Source: Sminthopsis crassicaudata
Taxonomy: Eukaryota
Length of the DNA stretch: 64,000 nt
Assembly: GCF_048593235.1 (NCBI RefSeq)
Contig: NC_133618.1
Span: forward strand, 257,449,882-257,513,881
Direction of reading: 5' to 3'
Shown here one piece after another: positions 27,702 through 40,535 of the stretch (positions within the stretch are counted from its first letter, which is position 1; every line of letters begins with the position of its first letter). The notes under the pieces were generated by a model. The model did no database searches and was not told the origin of the DNA. It saw only the letters and a program-made list of their open reading frames with translations. The position numbers and the translations under genes were made by a program.

Positions 27702-28175
27702 GTCTCCCTCATCCACCTATTCTTTAACATGGCTGGCATTTTGCTGTGGTACCTAGTGCCTGCCCTCCGCCTGCCCATCCCTCTGGCCAAGAAGTTTGGG
27801 AACGTGACTGCCCGTTACCGCTGGGTGGCCGGTGTCTACCTGGTCTTCAGCTTCTTCCTGATACCCCTGGCGGTCTTTGGGCTATCCATGGCGGGAATTG
27901 CTGTGCTGGCCGCTGTGGGAGGGCCCCTGCTTGGGCTCCTAGTCTTGGTCATCCTTATCAATGTGATGCAGCGGCATCGCCCGGCCTGGCTCCCCCGCCG
28001 CCTCCGGTCCTGGGCCTTTCTCCCGATTTGGCTCCACTCGCTTCAGCCCTGGGACCACGTCATCACCAGTTGCTGCAAGTGCTGTCCCCAGGCCCACGAC
28101 CCCCCTGTGGACACCAAAGTCAAGGAAGCCTACTGCTACGAGAACCCTGCTGTCCTGGACTCCCACAGGCTGTGA
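27702..28175 (+). CDS. SLC34A3: SLC34A3 last coding exon
   Basis: [47 protein letters not shown]; acceptor ccctAG ends 27701. Confidence 0.97.
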   Translation, partial: VSLIHLFFNMAGILLWYLVPALRLPIPLAKKFGNVTARYRWVAGVYLVFSFFLIPLAVFGLSMAGIAVLAAVGGPLLGLLVLVILINVMQRHRPAWLPRRLRSWAFLPIWLHSLQPWDHVITSCCKCCPQAHDPPVDTKVKEAYCYENPAVLDSHRL

Positions 28176-28436
28176 AAATCCAGCTTCTTATTACAGCCCT
28201 CCCGGGTCACCGGGCCTGAGAGAAGAAGGGTGGAAGGACATGGAGATGTGTCAGTCTCACCCGTGTGGGTCCTCTCAGGGCGGGCAACAACTGTGCACAG
28301 ATTCATACAAAAGACTGGAGAGGTGAGCCCTGGGTAGAACCAGGGAAGGCTTCTAGGACACTACCGTGTCATATTTACACCCCATACGCCCCCATCTGCA
28401 ACAAACCTATCCTCAAATCCCCCTTTATTCTTACAG

Positions 28437-28442
28437 AATAAA
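28437..28442 (+). terminator. Poly(A) signal AATAAA for SLC34A3
   Basis: First AATAAA I found downstream of the stop, about 260 nt away, followed by a pyrimidine-rich tract. Confidence 0.7.
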
Positions 28443-28680
28443 CAGAGCTCTATAGCATACCCTCCTTTCCCCTCCCCAGGCTTTTGCTTTCCTGAGCCTA
28501 CTGGCTCCAGGGTTGGGAGGCTGCCTTAGGTGAGAATCACACCTCTATGCTGCCAGTAGCTGAGTGAGAAAGGGACAAACCTGGCTGATGCTGCCCCTTG
28601 CTGGTCAACTAGGGACTTTGCCAGCCTGGTGAGGTAGAGAAGAAACAATCTGCAATACTTCTGAGAGAGAACGTCATCTG

Positions 28681-29026
28681 TGGCTGGTGGGTGATCCTGT
28701 TCCCCGAGCTGCCCAGAGGGGAGTCAGCAGCCGGAGGCACAGGCCCATCCTCAGGGATTTTTTGGTCCAAGGGATCCAGGGATGGGAACCTGGATACAAC
28801 TGGGCAGAAACCTGTCTGGGACTAGTGCTACTAAGTGTGAAAGATCCAAGCATTGGCTGGTGGGTGATCCTGTTCCCCGAGCTGCCCAGAGGGGAGTCAG
28901 CAGCCGGAGGCACAGGCCCATCCTCAGGGATTTTTTAGTCCAAGGGATCCAGGGATGGGAACCTGGATACAACTGGGCAGAAACCTGTCTGGGACTAGTG
29001 CTACTAAGTGTGAAAGATCCAAGCAT
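28681..29026 (+). repeat. Tandem duplication, 173-bp period, 2 copies
   Basis: 28681-28853 and 28854-29026, 1 substitution (G/A). Confidence 0.97.
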
Positions 29027-29959
29027 TCTTAACTAGGAATAGTTTCCTGGGCAGGTCTGTGTGGGCCCAAGTTAGTAGGTTCTGCATCCAAAGGAAAAAG
29101 GAATAAGAGAGAGCCTCGGCATCAGGAACAGTTTTATAACAGTCATAAGATAATCATCAATCAATAAACATTTATTAAGTACTTACAGTGCACCAGGCAG
29201 CTGTGCTTAGCATCAGAATACAGGGGCGGAGGGAACAAAAACGGTCCCTACATTCAAATGGCCAGCATTTATATAAGACTTTAAGTTTTACAAAGTGCTT
29301 CCCTCACTTGACCCTTTCAACAATCCTATAAATTATATGCCACAAATTACTATTACCGTTTATAAATGGGAAAACTGAGACTGAAAGAGATTTTGACAAC
29401 AGAGGCAAGACTAAAACTCAGATTTCTCTGGATACCAAATCCAGCATTCTTTACAATATATACACTTACAATCTGGAGATGGCAAAGATTTTTTTTTATT
29501 TTAATAGTATTCTATTTTTCTAATACATACAAAGATAATTTTCAACATTCACCTATGCAAAATCTTATTTTGATGGAAGATTTTAATGATAAGTCATTGT
29601 CAAAGACTAAGGTCTATATAGAAAAAATTACTTATTCAGTCTTATAGAGGCAGTAAGCAGTGGTGCTGACATTTAAACTTAGCTCTTGGTTTCCAAATGC
29701 AGAGCACCTTCAACTATATTATTCTGATTCAGCACACTTTCTGAAACCATCCATCCTCCGAGACCCTACATCAGCTCCTCCTTGGAGGAGGGGCTACTCC
29801 TCCATTCAAGAACCCCCATTTCTCCCTCATGTGGATAGTTGTCTCATCTCCCCAGCTACATATCTGGCTTTGCTGACCTTGCTTACCATTCCACTATTCT
29901 CCGGCCTTTCTTTTAGGGGAGTCCCTCTGGGTAATGTAATATTCACAATAATACCATTG

Positions 29960-30190
29960 AACTAGCACTCCCTGTGTGCTAAGTATAGTGTGCTGTGTTT
30001 TTCAAATATGATCTCATTTGATCCTCACAACCACTCTGGGAAGTAGGTGTTAATTTTATCCCCATTTTACAAATGGAGAAACTGAGGTTAAATAACTTTA
30101 CTCAAGGTCATAGAGCTAGTCAGTGTCTGAGGCTGGATTTGAATTGGGGTCATTCTGGCTCTAGGACCAACATTCCAGCCACTGAGCCAC
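29960..30190 (-). mobile_element. MIR SINE
   Basis: ATCTCATTTGATCCTCACAACC..CCCATTTTACAAATGGAGAAACTGAGG. Confidence 0.75.
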
Positions 30191-32924
30191 CTGTTATGGT
30201 GTGTAGAATGGAGCCCTAACAGCCATTTGCTGTTAGTCTTGCCAATCAGAGCTGGTACCCAACATAGGTCGTAGTCAGAGGGAAGCAACGTGGTTGGTTT
30301 AAGAGAAATCACTGGGCCAGTTTAGATTGGATGGGGAAGGGATCCGGGAGATCCTTCATTGTCAAGATAATTCCTACGCTCTGCCGTAGCATTCATTCCA
30401 TCCCTTTGGGTGGACCACTTAATCTCTAGACTTGTTTCTTCATCTATAAAACAAGGGGTCCACATTCTTAGGTGATCTCCAACATACCTCCCAACTCTAA
30501 GTTGTGTAACATTCTTATTCTTTCTGTACCATTAATTTTTCCCTGAACAGGCCCTCATACTGCCCAAGCTGTGGCCCTGAGAAGGTCATCCATTATTCTG
30601 TGGGATATAGAATTACTAAGAAGAAGGAGAATGCCTTTGAGGCATTTCTCATGATCCTTCAACCCCATAGTCACTAATTGGAGTGACTAATGTCAAGTTG
30701 CTATATTCCCACAGACACTATTTTGAGTGGCAATGGTATTGCTCCAAGTTCCTGGATTTCCCCAACACCAGAGGGCTCCATTCTACATACCATAAGTCCA
30801 GAGCAAATTTAGCAACACATCTAGAAAACTAGGTCCTGATATCAGGGCTTCCTTATGTTTAATCTTTCCTCTTCCTGTTGTCCTTTCACTATACCTCAAT
30901 GCATCCTGTTCTGAGCAACAAAGATTAGCCACTGATTTCTGTAGATTAGAGTTTGGGGAGGCTGATGTTTTTCTTTTCTCTGAAAAATCTAGTTCCTTCA
31001 ACACAAGTCTTAGCTAAGTGAGTCTGAAGATTCTAACTCCCTGGGTATGTGATCAGAGAAAAACCTTCTGTATCTGTGTTCTCATTCATAACATGGAAGA
31101 AGAAGAATTGTCTCTCTGTCTGCCAGCTGGAATGTCACAAGAATAAAACAAAGTCATAAAAGGGGGAAATCCTACCAAAAAAAGGTTAAAGGTGCTTTAA
31201 GTATGAGAGCTTGTTTCAAGTTCCTTAATTACCTCTTCTTTTTTCCATTGGCCTTCTATTTTCTACAATTGGGTCCAGCATTGGAATCTTGTATCTGGAA
31301 TGGGATGTGTGAACCTGAATTGAATTGAAAGATGACTCTCAGATAGAGTTCCTCCATCAAAATATATGTATGTGTGTGTGAATATATACATACATATACA
31401 TATACACATATTCACAACACATTTTAAGGGTTGATCTGCATTTAACATTCTCTTTCTTGCTTAGTCTACATGATCAGCAAAATAATAAACCAAACTCTGA
31501 TTTGTAGTGTTTGCTAATTTCTAAGATGTAAATGCTCTCACTGAAAAAGTAACAACAATCAACCCTCTGAGGTCCCAGCATACCCCTGAGTCGGGGAAGG
31601 GGACCCTGTTTTCTGGAGAAGCGATTCCAGGTTAGTTATAACAGGAGTGGATTCTCCAACCCAGGGGTCACCCAGTTAGGAGGCATCTGAGGCCGGATTT
31701 GCACTCTCTGACTCTAGGCCTAGTACTCTATGTACTGTACCACTTAGTTGCTCCAGTGATTAAGAAGACCTGAGTTCAAACCAACTTCAGCTACTTACTC
31801 ACTGTGTGACCCTGGGTAAGTCACTTAAGCCAATTTGCCTCAATTTCTTCATCTGTAAAATGAGCTGAAAAAGTAGCAAAGCCCTCCACTATTTTGCCAA
31901 GATAACCTCAAATGCTCAGGAATTGAGCAAACCTGAGACAACCGAACAACTTCTTGACTCTAGGTCTAGCATTCTGTCCATTGTACCACCTAGCTGCCCA
32001 TTGGCTGGCATCGAATGGTGTCTTTCTGAGTGGAGAGATGGGGATTGATGCAAGAAATGGAAGCAGACAGAATTGACAAGACTTGATAAACTGACTGGGT
32101 ATAAGAGTTGAGAGAGAATGGAAATCTGAGGATAATCTTGAGGTTGGGAATATAGGTGACTGGAAGGATTATGGGATATTGGACAGAAAGAGGGAAATTG
32201 AGAAGAGGTTTTAGGAGAAAGATAATGACTTACATTCAAAGTGTGTGTGTTCTATGTACAACATGACTAAGGTGAGATGTCCAGCAGAGAGCTGGTGATA
32301 CAGAACTGAGGTTTAGGAGAGAAATGGGAGCTTTTGGTGGCATCTGCACGGAGATGACGATTGAATTAGAAGGATCAAAAGAGCATAATGGAAAGAACAA
32401 AAATAGGCCCTTGAAGTAAACCCCTGAGGAGGAGTTTGGAAACAAAGAATGATCCAGTAAAAGAGACCAAGAAGCAGTGGTCCATCAGCAGAGAACTATG
32501 GGAACAACACCATAGAAGCTAAGAGTGGAGATAATATACAGAAAGATGTGCAGTGGGCAACGACTTTGGAATAGACAGATAAGGACAGACTGTGGCAGGC
32601 TTTGAACAAGGATGGAGGAGTTTCACGTTGGTTTGGTAGGCCATTTCAGGTTCTTGATCAGTCTCATCAAATTACGCTAAATTCATCATCAGTACCTGAT
32701 ATATCAATGAAGATGTTAACATCTAACAATGGTTTGGTGGCCAGATATCTCATTTTAGGCAAAAATCTGTATTTTTAACAGGGTTCTCACAAATTCAAAA
32801 GTAGGGAATTACTTATGCCCCTAAAATGACTTTTTTTTTTCCAGGATTGAGCCCTCTACTACTTAGTATGACTAGCTCTGGACTAGGTCTGTGTGTGTGT
32901 GTGCCCCTTTGTTTGTGGGAGCTA

Positions 32925-33050
32925 GAGAGAGAGAGAAGGAAGGAATAGAGAGAGAAATGGAGGGAGGAGAAAAAAAAGAGGGAAAATGGGGAGGAGGAAG
33001 AGTAGATGGAAAGAAGGAGGGAGAGAGAAGGAGAAAAAAGAAAGAAACAG
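32925..33050 (+). repeat. Purine-rich (GA) low-complexity tract
   Basis: Almost entirely G/A. Confidence 0.85.
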
Positions 33051-35757
33051 ATGGCATGCACATACATTTGTTATTGGGACCATCTCAAAGCTGGTAGAGA
33101 ATGAGAAGACACCACAAAACATATTTAAGGAAGTAATCTGCTTACCAAGAGCAACCCAGGCACAAAAGACATCCCCTGAAGGCAAAGTACAGACTATAGT
33201 GTATTTACATTAAGGAGGAGGAGCAACTTCCTACTTGGGTGAAGCCTAGGGTGAGGTGTTATAGGATTATGGACTGATTATGTATCTCCTGCAAGTCTTA
33301 GATCTTTATGAATTCTAGTGCTGGAAGTTGCCTCCTCCTTGAGTCATTGTGTGTGTCATTGAGACAGAAGGGGATTGATGCAAGAAATGGATGCAGAATT
33401 GACAAGACTTGATAAACTGACTGGGTATAGGTTGAGAATGAAAGTCTGAGGATGCCCTTGAGGGTGGGAATATAGGTGACCTCTGTGTGTGTGTGGGGAA
33501 CACCAGAGGCCTCATGTGATGATACCAGGGATAGCCCTGAGTAGTTGACAATTGTCCCTGTGGGCCTGGGAGCCTCTCTGTCTCTGCCTAGTACAGCAGA
33601 CAGATCCCTGGATTCTCCCAGGTAGCTACCTTGGTCCCAGTTGCTATACAGAGGGAGAACAGCAGAGGGCCCAGTGCCAAGCCTGGACGTGGAGCCACTG
33701 CTTACCAAGTTGGCACTTGAGTCACTGGCTGAAAATGTGTCATTGATTGTCAGAGGGCCCAACCCGGGGAAGGCAGCCTGCTGGAGCGCCGGGGTGACTA
33801 GGGGTGAGGCTGGCACAGGGAATGAGACTCTCTATTCTCTGGCAAGCCTTGAAGGCTCTTCCTTCTGACTCTTACTCAGAGCTGTCAGCTTTCCCAAATG
33901 CACACTTGTGGGGGAAGGTTATTGTTCAGTCATGTCCCACTATTTGTGGCCACGTTTCCCTTTTCCCTAGCAAAGATACTGAATGGGCTTGCTGTTTCTT
34001 TTTCCAGCTCATTTTACAGATGAGGAACCAAGGCAAGCAGGGGGAAGTGACTTGCCCAGGGTCACCCAGCCACAGCGAATGTCTGGAGACATAAGGCCCC
34101 ACTCTCTCCACTGCAGCAGCCAATGTGGGCCTCGGGAGCAGGTGCGATTTTGAGAAAGCTGCTTTGGTTGTCCATTGTTGTGAGAGGCGAGGTCTACCAA
34201 AGGAAGGCCCAGAGACATTTATCCACTATCATCAGACCCGTGCATTTTCTGCCTAAATATCACTGCTTGTTTCATGCAAGTCTAGTCATCTAAGGTCTAC
34301 TTGTGGAAGGAAAAGGCCTCCACTGTTGATGGTGAAGAACTAACTATTGGATCGGGTACTAGAGATGACCTAGGGCAGCCAGGTTGTGGAGTGGATAGAA
34401 TAGCAGGACTGGAGCTAGGAAGAACTAATTTCAAATGCCCCTCAGACACTTTCTGTGTGACTGTTTGCTCTCAGTTCCCTAACTTTAAAATGAACTAGAG
34501 AAGAAAATGGCAAAACACAACAGAAAACTCCAAATGGGCTCAGGAAGAGTTAGACACAAATGAACACTAGCAACAACTAATAGTGATCTGGTATTGTTAG
34601 TAATGTTCACATCGTGAGAAATCACAGACTTGATTGCTTGTAATATTTATGTTCATGGAAATTGAGTGGCTGCCCATCTTTTGGGGGAATGCTGAATAAA
34701 TGATGGCATATGAATGTAATGGAATACTAAAAGAAATGATGAGCAGGCTGATTTCAGAAAAGCCTGGAAAGACTTCCATGAACTGTTAATGAGTGAAGTG
34801 AGCAGAATTGAGAACACTGTACACAGCAACAAGGATGATGGACTGTGATGGACTTGGCTCTTTTCAACAATGAGGTGATTCAAGGCAATTCCAATAGACT
34901 TAGAATGGAAAATGCCATCCACATCCAGAGAGGAAACTATAGAGACTGAATGTAGATCCAAATAGTCTTTTCCTTTTTGTTGTGTTGTTGTGTGTTTGCT
35001 TAATTTTTTTCTTTCTAGTAGTTTTTGATCTGATTTCTCTTGCACAACTTGGCAAATATGGAAATATGTTTAAAAGAATTGCACAATCTAACCTATATCA
35101 GATTTTTTGCTATCTTGGGGAAAAGGGAGGGAAGGAGAAGAGTCTGGAACACAAAGTTTTAGGAAAATGAATATTGAAAATTATCTTTACAAGTATTTGG
35201 AAAAATAAAATGCTATTTAAAATTATGTTTGATACTATTAATAGCTTCATGGGTCATCCAAATCCAAAACAAAAGAGGGGTCAAACAACCACCTTTGCTC
35301 CTTAGAGTGTTCTGAACAAGTTGAACAAGTTGTCTTTCTATTGTTGTTTGCTTGCATTTTTGTTTTTCTTCCCGGGCTTTTTTTTTTTTTTTTTTTTACC
35401 ATTCTAAACCTGATTTTTCTTATGCAACAAGAGAACTGTATAAATATGTACACATATATTGTATTTAACATATACTTTAACATGTTCAACATGTATGGGA
35501 TTGCCTGCCACCTAGGGGAGGAGGTGGGGGGAAGGAGGGGAAAAATTGGAACAGAAGGCTTTGCAAGGATTAATGTTGAAAAATAGCCCATGCATATGTT
35601 TTGTCAATTAAAAGCTATAATAATAATTTAAAAATCTCATCTTACCTTTTTGCAGAGATAAAAAGTTCACACACATTGCACTTTGTGCAAACTTCAGACA
35701 TTTTTAATGTATTGAATTATGCTTCTTTTTTTGTTATTGTTAAAAATACAAATTGTT

Positions 35758-36374
35758 GGAGAATGGTTGGGTAAATTATGGTATATGGATGTTATGGAAT
35801 ATTATTGTTCTGTAAGAAATGACCAACAGGAGGAATACAGAGAGGCTTGGAGAGACTTACATCAACTGATGCTGAGTGAAACGAGCAGAACTAGGGGATC
35901 ATTATACACTTCAACAATGATACTGTATGAGGATGTATTCTGATGGAAGTTGTTATCTTCAACATAGAGAAGAGCTAATCCAATTCCAATTGATCAATGA
36001 TGGACAGAATCAGCTACATCCAGAAAAGGAACACTGGGAAATGAGTGTAAACTGTGAACATTGTTTTTGTTTTGTTTTGTTTCTCTTCCCAGATTATTTT
36101 TACCTTGTGAATACAATCCTTCCTTTGCAACAACAACAAAAAAAATTAGGTTCTGCACATATATATTGTACCTAGGATATACTATAAGATATTTAATATG
36201 TATGGGAATGCCTGCCATCTAGGAGAGGGGGTGGAAGGAAGGAGGGGAAAAACTCGGAACAGAAGGGAGTACAAGGGATAATGTTGTAAAAAAAAATTTA
36301 CCTATGCATATGTACTGTCAAAGAAAATGTTATAATTATAAAAATTAATAAAAATAAATAAATAAATAAAAAAT
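35758..36374 (+). mobile_element. 5'-truncated L1 with (TAAA)n tail and a 16-bp TSD
   Basis: TSD AAAAATACAAATTGTT (35742-35757) and AAAAATAAAAATTGTT (36375-36390), one mismatch. Confidence 0.82.
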
Positions 36375-37394
36375 AAAAATAAAAATTGTTATGTCAAAAT
36401 GGCTCCCTGGAAGAAAAGGGGAAGAAAGATTGAGGAAAACTATGATGATCTATGAAACAAAAGATATTAGTAAAAACCTTTTTTAAATGTAAAAAAAAAA
36501 TGCATGTTAAAGTATATGTAAAATACAATATATATATGCATTTTTATACAGTTCTCTTGTTGCATAAGAAAAATCGGATTTAGAAAGAAGGTAAAAAATA
36601 ACCTGGAAAGAAAAACAAAAATGCAAGCAAACAATAACAGAAAGAGTGGAAATGCTATATTGTGGTTCATACTCATTTCCCAGTGTTCTTTTGCTGGGGA
36701 TAGTTGGTTCTGTTCATCACTGCACAATTGGAATTGGTTTGAATCCTCTCATTGTTGAAGAGAGTCATGTCCATCAGAATACATCCTCATACAGTATTGT
36801 TGTTGAAGTGTATAGTGATCTCCTGGTCCTGCTCATTTCACTCAGCATCAGTTCCTGTAAGTCTCTCCAGGCCTTTCTGAAATCATCCTGCTGTTTGTTT
36901 TTTATGGAACAATACTATTCCATAACATTCATATACCACAATTTATTCAGCCATTCTCCAACTGATGGACATCCACTCAGTTTCCAGTTTCTGTCCACTA
37001 CAAAGAGGGCTGCCACAAACATTCTTGCACATACAGGTCCCTTTCCCTTCTTTAAGATCTCTTTGGGATATAAGCCCAGCAGAAACACTACTGGATCAAA
37101 AGGTATGCACAGTTTGATAACTTTTTGGGCATAGTTCCAGATTGCTCTCCAGAATGGTTGGATTCATTCACAGTTCCACCAATAATGTGTCAGTGTCCCA
37201 GTTTTCCCACATCCCCTCCAACATTTGTCATTTCTTTTTCTGTCATCTTAGCCAATGGATAATTTTCAACATTCACTCTTGCAAAACTTTTTGTTCCAAA
37301 TTTTTCCTTCCCCCCACTCCCTCCCCTAGATGGCAAGTAATTCAATATATCTTAAACAAGTACAATTCTTCTATACATATTTCCACCACTACTT

Positions 37395-38281
37395 TTTTAT
37401 GTTTTTATTTTTTAAAATTTTATAATAATAAAAAATTTTTATGACGGTATATATGCATGAGTAATTTTTTTTATAACATTATCCCTTGTATTCATTTTTC
37501 CAAATTTCCCCCTCCCTTCCTCTACTCCCTCCCCTAGATGACAGGCAATCCCATACATATTAAATGTGTTGACAGTATAACCTAGATACAATATATATGT
37601 GTAAATCCAATTTTCTTGTTGCACGATAAGTATTAGATTCCAAAGGTATAAGTAACCTGGGTAGATAGACAGTAGTGCTAACAATTTATATTCATGTCCC
37701 AGTGTTCCTTCTCTGGGTGTAGTTGTTTCTGTCCATCATTGATCAACTGGAAGTGAGTTGTATCTTCTTTATGTTGAAGATATCTCCTTCCATCAGAATA
37801 CATCTTCATACAGCATTGTTGTTGAAGTGTACAGTGATCTGCTCATTTCACTCAGCATCAGTTGATGTAAGTCTCTCCAAGCCTCTCTGTATTTCTCCTG
37901 CTGGTCATTTCTTACAGAGCAATAATATTCCATAACCTTAATATATCATAATTTACCCAACCATTCTCCAATTGATGGGCATTCATTCATTTTCCAGTTT
38001 CTAGCCACTATGAAAAGAGCTGCCACAAACATTTTGGCACATAACAGGTCCCTTTCTCATCTTTAGTATTTCTTTGGGATATAAGCCCAGTAGTAGTATT
38101 GCTAATCAAAGGGTATGCACAGTTTGATAATTTTTTGGGCATAGTTCCAAATTGCTCTCCAGAATGGCCGGATTCTTTCACAGCTCCACCAACAATGTAT
38201 TAGTGTCCCAGTTTTCCCACATCCCCTCCAACATTCATCATTATTTGTTCCTGTCATTTTAGCCAATCTGACAGGTGTGTA
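37395..38281 (-). mobile_element. 5'-truncated L1, minus strand, with a 10-bp TSD
   Basis: ACCACTACTT at 37385-37394 and 38282-38291; same 3'UTR type as 35758-36374. Confidence 0.8.
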
Positions 38282-40199
38282 ACCACTACTTATTTTTTAA
38301 AAAATAAATTTTAATTGATGTCTTTGATTTTTTTACTTCACTATAATTTCCCCCCAGCATGACCTTCACTTCCAAACTGACATATTTTTTCAGTTTTTTA
38401 ATTTAATAATAGCTTTTAGTTTTTCAAAATAATACAAAGATAGTTTTCAACTTTCACCCCTGCAAAATCTTGTATTCCAAATTTTTCTCCCTCTTTATCT
38501 ATCCTTCCTCTCCCCTAGACAGCAAGCAATAGGTTAAGCATGTGCAATTCTTTTAAACATATTTCCACATTTATCGTGCTGCACAAGAAAAATCAGATCA
38601 AAAAGGGGGAAAAATGAGAGAGAAAAAAACAAGCAAATGAACAACAACCACAAAGGTGAAAATCCGTTGTTGTGATCCACATTCAGTCTCTATAGTCCTC
38701 TCTCTGGATGCAGATGGCTCTCCATCATAAGTCTGGCTTGAATCTCCTCACTGATGAAAAGAGCCAAGTATATCACAATTGATTATCACATAATCTTCTT
38801 GTTTCGGCAATATATATTTTTGTTCTATTTTTATTGTTTTGCTATTTTTTTTAATTAAAGCTTTTTATTTACAAAGCATATGCATGGGTAAGTTTTCAGC
38901 ACTGACCCTGCAAAACCTTGTATTCCAAATTTTCCCCTCCTTCCCCCACCCCCTCCCATAGATAGAAGGTAATTCAATACATGTTAAATATGTTGAAATA
39001 TGTTAAATCCAATACATGTATATGTATTTATACAATTAACTTCAGCAATATATTTTAAAAGATTTTTTTAAAAATCAGCATTACTGATCAATACATCAAA
39101 AAAGTCTGAAAATATGTCCATGGACCTGGTGGAGAACTCCAAGTCTCTTCTTTTCCTTTAAGACTCCCAATGGGAAGAAGAGATGAAGTCTAGTCCAGTA
39201 CCTGGAGGAAATGGAGGCTAATTGATTTGTTGTCCTTGACCTAGAGAGCAGATTTTAAATCAGAATTCTGCTCAATGTATCACTTCCTCCTGATTGCTGA
39301 GAAAAGGAAGCATGAGCTTAAGCTCTTGATTAGATGGTAAGGAAAGAGAATAAAAGAACAATTGGTGTGAAATTACTGAAGGGTCCCTAGTTTCCCTGAC
39401 TTCCCCGGAGCCAGGCTAAGCTTTCATGGCAGGTTTTTTGGTCAGGTCTTTTGAGGTCAGGTGATGGCAGGGCCTTGTCTATCAGCCCCTACCCCCCTTC
39501 CACTCTCCCCTGCAGGGATGAGAAGGTAACTAACCCTCCCAAGGGGAGCTCCTTCCATTTAGTAAACAGAGCTACTGTTGTGGCTTCCATAGCACCAAAT
39601 CAACAATTGACTGCTATGGTTACAAGAATGCTGCAAGCCCAGACCCAAACCCTTAGTGACAGAAGCCTAACGCTGGGTTTAATCCAACCCCTGATGAAAG
39701 GGCTGTTTATATCACTCCCCTCATTATTGGCTTGTGGGTCTTGAGTTTAAATAAATTCTTGGTATCCAGAATTTTTCATTTGGGATTTTATTTTCTCAGG
39801 CCCTGTCAGTTGTATGTATCTCCTCAGGCTACATGGTCCCAGCTCCCTAGCCAAAGGGCCTAATGGGTAATTTTGATAAGAAGTCACTGCCCCACCCTCT
39901 ACCTAAGAAGGTCTCTAGTCTTAGGAGATGAGCTAAAACCTTCTTTCCATTAACTCTTCAGAAGAATGGGATATATCCTTAGAAATTCCTAATAGACCTT
40001 AGATACTTCCATTATGCCTGGTTTAATGCCAAATGCACTGGATTTTAAGTCACTTTGGGATGTCAAATCTAGTTTTTTTACTTCATATTTATCAGATTAT
40101 GGGATAATTATTAGACCTGAGAGTTATTCTCTTCATCTATAAATTGTACATCGATATAAATATACAATCTGTATTATGCAATCTATATAAATAAAGAGG

Positions 40200-40410
40200 C
40201 AGCTATGAATCATAGTAGATAGAACATTGGAACTGGAGTCAGGAAGAACTGAGTTCAAATCTAGCCTCAGGTATTTATTAGCCATGTGATCCTGTCATTT
40301 AACCTCTCTCTCCCTCAGTTTCCTCAAATGTAAAATAGATTTAAAAGTGGTAGAATAGCACCACTTCCTGGGGTAATTAGTTAATATTTGTAAAGCATTT
40401 AGCACAGTAC
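40200..40410 (+). mobile_element. MIR SINE
   Basis: CTGGAGTCAGGAAGAACTGAGTTCAAATC..CAGTTTCCTCAAATGTAAAAT..TGTAAAGCATTTAGCACAGTACTTGGCA. Confidence 0.72.
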
Positions 40411-40424
40411 TTGGCAGGTGCTCC

Positions 40425-40535
40425 CTTCCTCTTGGCCTTTCCTTCCTTTCTTCCTTTTTCCTTCCTTTCTTCCTCCTTCCTTTCCTTCTTTCCTGCCCCC
40501 TTCTTTCCCTTTTCTTCCCTCCCCTCTTCCTTTCT
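40425..40535 (+). repeat. Pyrimidine-rich (TTCC-like) low-complexity tract
   Basis: Almost entirely C/T. Confidence 0.85.

Larger units (their letters stand above)
34590..39045. mobile_element. Cluster of at least six 5'-truncated marsupial L1 3' ends in both orientations
   Basis: Repeated ORF2-end and 3'UTR motifs (e.g. GGAGAATGGTTGGGTAAATTATGGTATATG, CTGATGCTGAGTGAAACGAGCAGAAC) and their reverse complements. Confidence 0.85.

Noticed and set aside
28681-29026. Tandem repeats as a possible CRISPR-like array
   Set aside because: Two long contiguous copies without unique spacers, no cas genes, and the DNA is mammalian.
33298-33816. 172-aa minus-strand ORF
   Set aside because: Partly within L2-derived sequence, no domain, non-ATG start likely.
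36646-37134. 162-aa ORF and similar ORFs in 34600-38000 and 54300-54640
   Set aside because: Antisense frames of L1 3' ends.
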